From contig JBHGNT010001172.1 in assembly GCA_043228905.1 (NCBI GenBank), positions 1 through 11,282 of the forward strand: a stretch of 11,282 nt of DNA. Reading direction: 5' to 3'. Below, one piece after another: positions 1 through 8,161 of this stretch (within the stretch, counting starts at the first letter, position 1; the number at the start of each line of letters is the position of its first letter). A program made the translations under genes and the position numbers. This DNA comes from Azolla caroliniana. Its lineage: Eukaryota > Plantae > Polypodiophyta. The notes beneath the pieces were generated by a model. That model did not search any database and was not told the DNA's origin. It was given only the letters and a program-made list of their open reading frames with translations.

Positions 1-141
1 GCCTCTTAAAAGACGTTAATATGTCTTTCTTTCTTCTTTTCTTGGCTCCATTCCCATCCCATTTCTTGTTTACAGTAGATATACTAAATCTTGTTCTAGA
101 ATCAGTATTTAATTGGATTTATATCTTCCTTTGAAGAGCAG

Positions 142-299
142 GTAGATTTTTTATTGCTAGGTGGAGATCTTTTTCACGAAAACAAACCCTCACGTGCAAC
201 ATTGGTTCGAGCACTGGAAATTTTACGCCGATATTGTCTCAATGATCGGCCTGTGCAGTTCCAAGTTGTGAGTGACCAAACAATCAACTTCCCTAACAG
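142..299 (+). CDS. MRE11: MRE11 exon ([53 protein letters not shown])
   Basis: CAG acceptor at 139-141, AG|GTAGGT donor at 300; phosphoesterase motif II GDLFH. Confidence 0.96.
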
Positions 300-382
300 G
301 TAGGTAAAATCTCCAGAAGCGAAAATAGTTTGTATGAACTTATGATAAAAAATTATTAAGGCCCATCTCAACTTCTCAACAG

Positions 383-473
383 GTTTGGTCATGTAAACTA
401 TGAAGATCCCCACTTTAATGTGGGGCTACCTGTATTCACAATACATGGAAATCATGATGATCCCGCAGGAGTG
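383..473 (+). CDS. MRE11: MRE11 exon ([30 protein letters not shown])
   Basis: CAG acceptor ending 382, GTG|GTAGGG donor at 474; catalytic motif III GNHD. Confidence 0.97.
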
Positions 474-571
474 GTAGGGTGGGGGACTATTCGTATGTGG
501 GGATTTTGTTTAACCCAGCTGAGAGTTGGTTGAATTCCTAACTGACTTAAGCTTGCATAATACCTCTGCAG

Positions 572-691
572 GACAATCTTTCTGCCATTGATATTCTATC
601 TGCTTGTAACCTTGTCAATTACTTTGGGAAGATGATCCTAGGTGGCTCAGGTGTAGGGCAAATCACGCTGCATCCCATTTTGATCCAGAAA
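572..691 (+). CDS. MRE11: MRE11 exon (DNLSAIDILSACNLVNYFGKMILGGSGVGQITLHPILIQK)
   Basis: TGCAG acceptor ending 571, AAA|GTAAGG donor at 692; 40 codons matching plant MRE11. Confidence 0.96.
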
Positions 692-909
692 GTAAGGTTT
701 TTTGCTAAGGATTTTGTTTAAAAAAAACTGTTATTTGCATATGTCTGAGAAAGGCCGTATTTGTGTTTGACATATAGATTAGTAGATTATATTGACCAGT
801 TTCAGTTTCATTATATTATAATGAGTGTGGTACATATAGCTAGATTTAAATAATAGAAACATTCATTACATGTGTGTTTCTCATATAGATTGAGAGTCAT
901 ATCGACAAT

Positions 910-1222
910 TGTTAGTACCGAGAGAACATGTCTTTATGAGGAGTCATGAGATCCAAAGGGGCAAAATAGGACATATGCATGAGTGGCGTGCATGAAGGAT
1001 ATGCAAAGAAGCTCCAAGGACTGTTAGCACTAAGGGAACATGTCTTTATTAAAAGGCATGAGATCCAGAAGGGACAGGTGCATTAGTGGTGTGCATGAAA
1101 GATGCACAAAGAAGCTCCAAGGACTGTTAGTATTGACGCAACATGTCTTTATTAAAAGTCATTGAGATCCAGAAGGGACAAGTGCATGTGTATGAAACAT
1201 ACTCAAAGAAGCTCCAAGGACT
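910..1222. repeat. Degenerate tandem repeat, 3 units (910-1021, 1022-1124, 1125-1221; 112/103/97 bp)
   Basis: Each unit starts TGTTAG and shares AACATGTCTTTAT (925, 1037, 1140), GAGATCCA and an identical 19-mer CAAAGAAGCTCCAAGGACT (1004, 1107, 1204). Confidence 0.92.
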
Positions 1223-1500
1223 AAAACTGTCTGAAATTAAAATTAATTTGGATCTATGAAGTGGTATGATATATCTGATAGGATATACAGAATGTGAAAG
1301 TCTATACAACTAAGTCATTTTAGGATGGCTGTCACTTGGAAGATGGTCTTGAGTGGAGTGCTTTTCTGAAGTCAACAATTTCAAGCCGAAACTGCCTATG
1401 GGTTTCGAGTCTCTCTGTTTCCAGAATCAGGGTGAAGTTATGCTCAACAATTCTCAATTGATGGCTCCCTGTGGGTGGGCATATCTATTTAAATCACCAG

Positions 1501-1732
1501 AACCTAAGTGTGTCTTGGTATTGCTTTGCGTTCAGCTTGATGGGAATTTTGCCCAGCACAGTACAATGACTTGACTGTCTCTGATCCCAGCACCAATGTA
1601 CAATATTGCTGTGCCTCCATCACACCTGTCAGTAATCATGTATTCACCGGTATAGAATTCTGGTGGGAACCACGGATCTCTATTTCCAGTGCCTAATCAT
1701 AATACAAGTTTGTAGTAAACTGCCTATTTAGA
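1501..1732 (+). repeat. 232-bp direct repeat, left copy (host intron sequence duplicated around the copia element)
   Basis: Identical to 6527-6758 except C1626/T6652 (constant offset 5026). Confidence 0.96.
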
Positions 1733-1966
1733 GGGATGTTTGACGGATCAGCTATTGAGAGATGACGTTCAGCAAACAGGACTGTAGTAGAGATGAGAGT
1801 AGAGACACACAGATCTTTGGTGTACCCAACCGTCTTGATTGGTACACAAGAAAAAAGAAAGTGGTGTGTTCACATTATAAAAGGAGGTGTCCTGTCCAAG
1901 TGAACAATGTGTTCACATATACGAATAATTACCTAATTTGTGAACTACGGGCCTTTACACCTAACA
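1730..1966 (-). repeat. 3' LTR (237 bp; about 11 nt missing at its outer U5 end and a 30-bp internal deletion)
   Basis: Matches 6260-6526 with no substitutions apart from one 30-bp gap; begins TGTTAG on the - strand next to the PPT. Confidence 0.95.
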
Positions 1967-1977
1967 ACCTCCCACTT
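1967..1977 (-). promoter_or_regulatory. Polypurine tract
   Basis: The - strand reads AAGTGGGAGGT immediately before the TG of the 3' LTR, about 20 nt after the pol stop. Confidence 0.88.
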
Positions 1978-1996
1978 AAAGGTCTGATGTGAACAT

Positions 1997-4900
1997 TCAA
2001 GTAACTCCCACTAACTGTATGCAATGCTCATGTTGAGCTTTGCCAAGACTTTTAGTGAGAATATCTGCAGGATTATCATGTGTTTTGATCTTGGTCAATG
2101 TGACTAGACCATCCTCCAAAACTTGTCTGATAAAGTGATGTCGCACATCAATGTGTTTGGTGCGCGAATGAAACATGGCATTCTTAGCCAGATACACAAC
2201 ACTCTGGCTATCACATCCTAACACAGGAGTACTAACAGACATGCCAAGATCTTCACCAAGTCTGCTGAGCCATATAGCTTCCTTTGAAGCTTCTGTAGCT
2301 GAAATATATTCAGCTTCAGTAGTACTCAGTGCTACAATCTTTTGCAATTTGGAGCACCAAGACACTGCTCCACCAGCAACTGTAAATATATACCCGCTAG
2401 TAGACTTACGTGTATCCAAGTCACCTGCCATGTCTGCATCACAATATCCCTGCAAATTTAATGCACCCTTCCCATAGCATAAACATTTTCTCTGTGTACC
2501 TTTAAGATACCTGAAAACACACTTGACAGCCTCCCAATGTGCTTTCCCGGGATTAGACATATAGCGACTAACAACTCCCACTGCATAAGCAATATCTGGA
2601 CGAGTAGCTACCATAGCATACATTAGAGAACCACATGCTGATGCATAAGGAATTCCCTTCATAGCATTGATTTCCATCTCATCCTTTGGACAATCAGCCT
2701 TGCTGAGTTTAAGATATGACGGCAAAGGAACTCCAAGAGACTTTGCTTCTGCCATATTAAATCTGTTAAGCACTTTTTCAATGTACTTTTCTTGTGACAA
2801 AAACAACAATTTGTCTTTTCTGTTTCTATTGATTCTCATGCCCAAAATATGCTCTGCATTTCCCAAATCTTTCATAGAGAAGACCAATTTCAGTTGATCT
2901 TTTAGAGCATCAAGACTAGTCTTTCTTTTCCCAGCTAGCAACATATCATCCACATATAGAACAAGTATGATAGGATTGTCATCGATATCCTTTTTCGTGT
3001 ATAAACAATGATCTGCATAGCTACGATCAAAGCCTTGAGAAAGCATAAAAGTATCAAACTTCTTATACCACTATCGTGGTGCTTGTTTTAGGCCATACAA
3101 GCTACGTTTTAGTTTGCATACCAAATGCTCCTTGTTAGAGACTACAAAACCCTCAGGTTGTTTCATGTAGATCTCTTCATCAATATCACCATGCAAAAAT
3201 GCGGTCTTTACATCCATTTGGTACAACTCCAAATTAAGCATTGCAGTGAGAGCAAATAGCACACGAAGTGTGGTCATCTTCACAACAGGAGAGAAGACCT
3301 CTTGGAAGTCAATACCTTCCTTCTGTGCATAACCCTTGGCAACTAATCTTGCCTTGTATTTTGGTTTCCCTTCAATTTCCTTTACCTTATAAACCCACTT
3401 ATTTGGAAGAGCTTTCCTTCCTTGAGGTAAGGACACAAGATCCCATGTATCATTTGCATATAAAGATTTTATTTCTTCTTGCATTGCAAGCTCCCACTTA
3501 CTACTAAGTTCACATGACATTGCCTCCTTATAAGTAAGAGGTTCACCCTCATCTGACAGCATGACATAATGCAAAGAGGGGTCATATCTATATACCTGCC
3601 TCCTTGAACGATTAGACCTACGTACCCAATGATCAGTATTTTCTGGGATTGGTTCTAAATCTGGAGGAAAATCATTTTCAGCACTTTCTGGCTGTTGCGA
3701 ACCATGTCCAGCATGTTGTTCGACATCTATATTTTGTTCTTCAGTACCTTCATCTTGTTGACCAATATCTTCATGAGCATCTCTTTGCTGTCCAACTTCT
3801 TCTGGCTCAAAGATAACCGGTTGACCATCATATTCAACCTTTGGTATAGCATCATGAGGTTTATTTTCAGATTTTGTGGATGGCTGTAATTGCTGAAATG
3901 TAACGCTCTTAGAGTTCCCAACAGAGGAACAAGCATTTTTCAGCAATTTTTCTTCATTAAAAACAACATCCCGGCTGCGTACAATTTTTCTGGACTGAGG
4001 TAACCAAATCCTATAGCCCATAAAAATGCCCATGGTGGACTTAGCATCGAGCTTATTTCTCAGCTCACTTCTAATGTGTACAAACGCATCACAACCGAAA
4101 ATTCGTAAATGGTCATATGAAGCTGGTTTGCCAGACCAAACCTCCTCAGGGATTCCATTTTTTAAGGACTTGTTGGGAGAACGATTACTCGCTCACACAA
4201 GGTCCTATTATACCTTTCTGCCACCCCATTTGATGAAGGGTTATATGGAGCAGTAAGCTCTCTTTTAATACCATGTAAGTCACAATAAGACTTAAATTCT
4301 GCAGATATAGACTCACCCCCATTATCTGTTCTGAGACATTTCAGTTTTGTCACTTTTTGAGTAGTCACAAATGCATGAAAAGATTTAAATGCATCAAATG
4401 CATCACCTTTTCTTTTCATCAAGTACACCCAAATCTTCCTAGAATAATCATCGATAAAGGAAATAAAATATGCAGCACCGCCCAAGGATTTTACAGGCAT
4501 GCTACATACATCAGAATGCACCAAATCTAGCACATTTGGTTTACGAGAGATACCAGAATAATAAGAATTTCTCACTTGTTTGCCAAATAGACAATCATTA
4601 CAAAAAACCAGCTTTGATCCTTTAACATCAAATCTTTTTAAAGCAAAAAGGATTTCAAGTCCTTTTTGGCTCATATGTCCTAATCTCTTATGCCAAAGCT
4701 CTAAACGAGAGTCGAATTCAGCAATAGCAAGAAACTTTCCAGGTAAAGCTTTGCATTGCAAACAGTACAGAGTGCCCTTTTTGCAACCTTTCACAATAAC
4801 CATAGATCCTTTCTTTAGTTTCCATAATCCACCACCGAATAATGTGGTGTAACCATGCAAATCCATCTGTCCTACAGATAGCAAACTTTTCTTTATGCCA

Positions 4901-6084
4901 GGTACATACCTAACATCTTTGAGCACAAGCTCTTGACCATTATCCAAAGACAAGTGTATGGTTCCAATACCATCAATATTGCAAGCACTATTGTTACCAA
5001 GATAAACTTTTCCATAACTGCCTGCATCAAATGTGGTAAAGCACTCCAAACATGGAGTAACATGAAAAGAAGCCCCAGAGTCTACTATCCATGTCTGTGT
5101 CAATCCATCATCGATTGACAATAAAGCATCAATAACATCTGTTTTGGTGATTTGCATGTCTTGAACATGAGCTATAAAGGCATCATCTGTAATACAAAGT
5201 ACATCACCATCTTCACCAGATAGGTCTTCAATGATAACATTTGAAGCCATATTAGCTTTCTCTGTTGTATTAAACTTATCCTCTTTGTTTTTCTTCTCTC
5301 CAACATTCTTCTTCCTTTCTAGTTCCATCTTCCAATATCTACAATCAGGTTTCTTATGACCTTTACGGCCACAATGATAGCAAGTGATATCTTGTTGTTT
5401 TCCTTTCCCTCTACTCTTACTTCTATTTCTTTGTCCTACATTTGGGTTCCTCTTATCATATCTCCCCCTAATATTGTATGCTGAACCACTACCTTCTCCG
5501 CTAGATTGTCTTCTAATCTCTTCACTGAGAATAGAGCCCCGCACACCATCGAAGGTCAAGGTGGGGCTATTAGATAGTGAAACAACTAATGTTTCCCACG
5601 AATCCGGTAAAGTCATAAGTAGGAAGATAACTTTGAGCTTGTCATCAAAAGCTGGTAATCCTGAATCTTGTAGTTGGGAGAGAGTACCTGTGAATAAAGA
5701 TAGATGCTCTGTTGCACCTTTCGACTCATCAAGCCTCATACTGACAAGTTTTCTCATCAAATGCACCTGATTCACAGGAGTAGTATTCTCGTAAGTTTTC
5801 TTAAGTTTCTCCCAAACTTGATGGGCAGTAGTCAAGCCCTTTACATCTACAAGAATTTCATCAGAAACAGCCATTTTAATATATGTAATGGCTTTCTTAT
5901 TCAGAGTGTTCCAAGCATCATTTTCCATGCTCTCTGGTTTCTTTTCTACAAGAGCATCTTCACAATCTCTTAGAAAGAGGATGCCCAGCATACGCTCTTT
6001 CCACAATTCGAAACCTTTTCCATCAAATCTCTTGATTTCAAAGAGGTTTTTCACTTCAACTGAAGTGGAGGCCATTGCTCCCAA
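1997..6084 (-). pseudogene. Copia gag-pol polyprotein, disrupted (ORF pieces 4162-6084, 3071-4033 extendable to 4186, 1997-3046)
   Basis: Frameshifting junction at about 4186 (LCERV joined to NRSP in another frame, with the usual intervening integrase helix absent). Premature TAG at 3071-3073 in GLKQAPR*WY; the frame continues after it through RT YVDD and RNase H. Confidence 0.94.
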
Positions 6085-6234
6085 GATTTATGACAGATGC
6101 CTTCAGAAATTGAGCAGAATACCAATAGGAAAGGGTCTGACAGATTTTATTTTATTTTTTATTTTTATTTTTAAATCTGTGTTTTCTGCTGATTCTGAAT
6201 CTAAAGAAAAACAGCAAAGTAGAGGAAAGAGATT

Positions 6235-6248
6235 TGGCTCTGATACCA
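6235..6248 (-). promoter_or_regulatory. Primer-binding site for initiator tRNA-Met
   Basis: The - strand reads TGGTATCAGAGCCA, complementary to the 3' end of plant tRNA-iMet, directly inside the 5' LTR. Confidence 0.95.
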
Positions 6249-6526
6249 GTTAAAGGTAAAGAGGGATGTTTGACGGATCAGCTATTGAGAGATGACGTTC
6301 AGCAAACAGGACTGTAGTAGAGATGAGAGTAGAGACACACAGATCTTTGGTGTACCCAACCGTCTTGATTGGTACACAAGAAAAAAGAAGGTTATTATAT
6401 TAGTTAACCTTACATAGAAAGTGGTGTGTTCACATTATAAAAGGAGGTGTCCTGTCCAAGTGAACAATGTGTTCACATATACGAATAATTACCTAATTTG
6501 TGAACTACGGGCCTTTACACCTAACA
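6249..6526 (-). repeat. 5' LTR (about 276-278 bp)
   Basis: The - strand starts TGTTAGGTG at 6526 and abuts the PBS at 6248. The inner boundary is uncertain by 2 nt because there is no terminal CA. Confidence 0.93.
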
Positions 6527-6758
6527 AACCTAAGTGTGTCTTGGTATTGCTTTGCGTTCAGCTTGATGGGAATTTTGCCCAGCACAGTACAATGACTTGA
6601 CTGTCTCTGATCCCAGCACCAATGTACAATATTGCTGTGCCTCCATCACACTTGTCAGTAATCATGTATTCACCGGTATAGAATTCTGGTGGGAACCACG
6701 GATCTCTATTTCCAGTGCCTAATCATAATACAAGTTTGTAGTAAACTGCCTATTTAGA
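6527..6758 (+). repeat. 232-bp direct repeat, right copy
   Basis: Identical to 1501-1732 except one base; starts immediately after the LTR end ...CCTAACA (6526). Confidence 0.96.
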
Positions 6759-7051
6759 ATTAACAATCCCGCTGACTGCACATATCAGTGAAGAGATAAG
6801 GGCATCAATTAATCTCATGACCGTCATGTAATTTAGCTGTGATTCCCCATGAACATCACGTGAATCTGTGTTTTCATATTGAATTGGTTTTATACATCCA
6901 CCTTTATTCCTTATTCAGTCATTTCAAAATTCAACCAGTGCCTCCATGTAAGCTTTCATTTAATCTTTCCTTTTGTATGTGTGAATATTTTGTGTTATAT
7001 ATTTGATTATTGCATTATTTTCCATCTGATGTCCATTTGCCTTTTGTTTAG

Positions 7052-7120
7052 GGGGGAACAAAGTTGGCATTATATGGATTTGGAAACATCCGTGATGAGC
7101 GTCTGAATCGTATGTTTCAG
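7052..7120 (+). CDS. MRE11: MRE11 exon (GGTKLALYGFGNIRDERLNRMFQ)
   Basis: Pyrimidine tract plus TTAG acceptor ending 7051, CAG|GTTTAA donor at 7121; conserved ALYG.GNIRDERL. Confidence 0.95.
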
Positions 7121-7163
7121 GTTTAAAATTCTCCCTTGTTTTTTGCGTGTAAATGCCTGAGTT

Positions 7164-7213
7164 CACATACACATACACACATACACATATACATGTATAT
7201 ATGTATATTATAT
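7164..7213. repeat. Compound (CA)/(TA) microsatellite in MRE11 intron
   Basis: CACATACACATACACACATACACATATACATGTATATATGTATA...; includes the 14-bp palindrome ATATACATGTATAT at 7187-7200. Confidence 0.85.
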
Positions 7214-7285
7214 GCTTATGGAAGTTATTCTGAGTATTTAATATCAATTGGTGTTTGCCGCTACTTATACTTTTGATACAAATAG

Positions 7286-7377
7286 ACACCTCATGCAGTA
7301 AGGTGGATCCGCCCTGAAATTGATAGTGGCTCTTCAGTTTCTGATTGGTTCAACATATTAGTGCTCCATCAAAATAG
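7286..7377 (+). CDS. MRE11: MRE11 exon (TPHAVRWIRPEIDSGSSVSDWFNILVLHQN-R)
   Basis: TAG acceptor ending 7285; motif IV LHQNR; the donor that preserves the protein is AG|GCAAG at 7378. Confidence 0.93.
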
Positions 7378-7458
7378 GCAAGAAAATCTGTTGATTACAG
7401 ACTGCAGTATTCAATATGAATTGAAAGGACATGACTCATTTTTTCTTGCTGTTTATAG
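7378..7458 (+). other. GC-AG intron of MRE11 (81 nt)
   Basis: Begins GCAAG after exonic AG, the strong context typical of GC donors, and ends TTTATAG. Removing it restores HQNRVKTNPKN. Confidence 0.88.
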
Positions 7459-7561
7459 GGTGAAAACTAATCCGAAAAATGCAATCAATGAACATTTTCT
7501 TCCACGTTTCTTAGATTTTATTATTTGGGGGCATGAACACGAATGCTTGGTGGATCCAGAG
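7459..7561 (+). CDS. MRE11: MRE11 exon (VKTNPKNAINEHFLPRFLDFIIWGHEHECLVDPE)
   Basis: TAG acceptor ending 7458, GAG|GTTGAA donor at 7562; motif V GHEH. Confidence 0.96.
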
Positions 7562-7647
7562 GTTGAATCTTATAGCCGTTCAATTTATATTTGCCTACTT
7601 TACTTAAACAGTCTTTATAAGCTCTACATACGTGTGCTCATGTGTAG

Positions 7648-7755
7648 GAGGTGGCAGGGATGGGATTTCACTTATCTCAACCTGGATCTTCTATAGCAAC
7701 CTCGCTTATCGACGGTGAAGCAAAACCAAAACATGTTCTTTTATTGGAGATAAAG
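7648..7755 (+). CDS. MRE11: MRE11 exon (EVAGMGFHLSQPGSSIATSLIDGEAKPKHVLLLEIK)
   Basis: TGTAG acceptor ending 7647, AAG|GTACAT donor at 7756; conserved QPGSS.ATSL..GE. Confidence 0.96.
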
Positions 7756-8077
7756 GTACATATGGAGACAAAGGCTATGTGTCAATTCTATGCATCTCCA
7801 TGCTGCACTTTGCACTAGGAACATATGAGTATAAAGAAATATCTTGGAATTTGCGTATGAATAGATTTTTCTTACGTGGGAAACTTTATTTGAATCCACA
7901 ACTTGGTTTATATTTTCTGAAATCCATTTGAGTGATGGTGGTTTTCTAGATTATTTTCTTAAGCAATAGGATGGGTTCTAAATTTTTAATTATTGTGTGA
8001 CACGAAAAGATGTCATGTTACCAGAGAATATCAAGGATACTGCATAAAATTTTAAGTCTCAAAAGGGAAATTAAATC

Positions 8078-8161
8078 TGCCAGATGTGATGAATCAGAAG
8101 AGAACAAATAGTCATCTCGAATGACGAGTGCCCAGAGGAGGGCCAACTCTGCTGATTGGCG
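8078..8161 (+). ncRNA. Candidate intronic box C/D snoRNA-like element (unverified)
   Basis: Box C GTGATGA 8086-8092, C'-like ATGACGA 8121-8127, box D CTGA 8152-8155, terminal stem GCCA(G)A/TTGGC. No clear D' box and no convincing target recognised. Confidence 0.3.

Larger units (their letters stand above)
1730..6526 (-). mobile_element. Ty1/copia LTR retrotransposon (Tnt1/Tork-like), near full length, coding-defective, antisense in an MRE11 intron
   Basis: Two LTRs, tRNA-iMet PBS, PPT, and gag-PR-INT-RT-RNaseH domain order. Motifs: CYHCGRKGHKKPDC, IVDSGAS, WHKRLGH, SDV/TDNGGE/GVAER, YVDD and DADMAGD (the last is Tnt1-like). Confidence 0.97.
142..7755 (+). other. MRE11: MRE11 gene, partial span (7 internal coding exons; 5' and 3' exons lie outside the window)
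   Basis: Manual splicing of 142-299, 383-473, 572-691, 7052-7120, 7286-7377, 7459-7561 and 7648-7755 gives 741 nt with consistent phases and no stops. It encodes the MRE11 nuclease motifs GGDLFH, HGNHDD, LHQNR and WGHEH, plus QPGSS, colinear with plant MRE11 as I recall it. Confidence 0.97.

Noticed and set aside
25-78. Strong pyrimidine tract plus CAG/TAG as the acceptor of the first exon
   Set aside because: Either AG puts an in-frame stop ahead of VDFLLL; the protein-preserving acceptor is 141. At most an unproductive cryptic site.
174-413. 79-aa - strand ORF
   Set aside because: Antisense shadow of MRE11 exons with no recognisable motif.
910-1222. CRISPR-like array (identical 19-mers at about 100-bp spacing)
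   Set aside because: The intervening sequences are homologous to each other, the context is a spliceosomal intron, and there are no cas genes.
1353-1574. 73-aa + strand ORF, and a - strand VDFRKAL peptide at 1356-1376 resembling the LINE RT motif
   Set aside because: No other RT motifs nearby and no recognisable protein; treated as chance.
1501-1966. Treating D plus LTR as one long LTR
   Set aside because: The order is D-LTR on the left but LTR-D on the right, and the PBS and PPT abut only the inner repeat.
2175-6253. Multiple + strand ORFs of 60-128 aa
   Set aside because: Antisense to copia gag-pol; expected by-products of codon structure.
6879-7289. ORFs 6879-7106 (+) and 6960-7289 (-)
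   Set aside because: Intron, microsatellite and off-frame exon sequence with no homology signal.
7361-7696. 111-aa ORF as a separate gene
   Set aside because: It is MRE11 exon sequence read through two introns, going out of frame after the 86-nt intron.
7745-7780. Near-duplicate of the exon end (TGGAGATAAAGG / TGGAGACAAAGG, 18 nt apart) as an alternative GC donor adding 6 aa
   Set aside because: AAG|GCTATG lacks the strong +3 to +5 consensus GC donors need, and a canonical GT donor is present.
8138-8147. Pairing of the putative snoRNA guide GAGGGCCAAC with plant 18S GUUGGCCUUC (recalled sequence)
   Set aside because: Only 10 bp with a G-U pair, and the D+5 position falls at the duplex edge; not a credible target.
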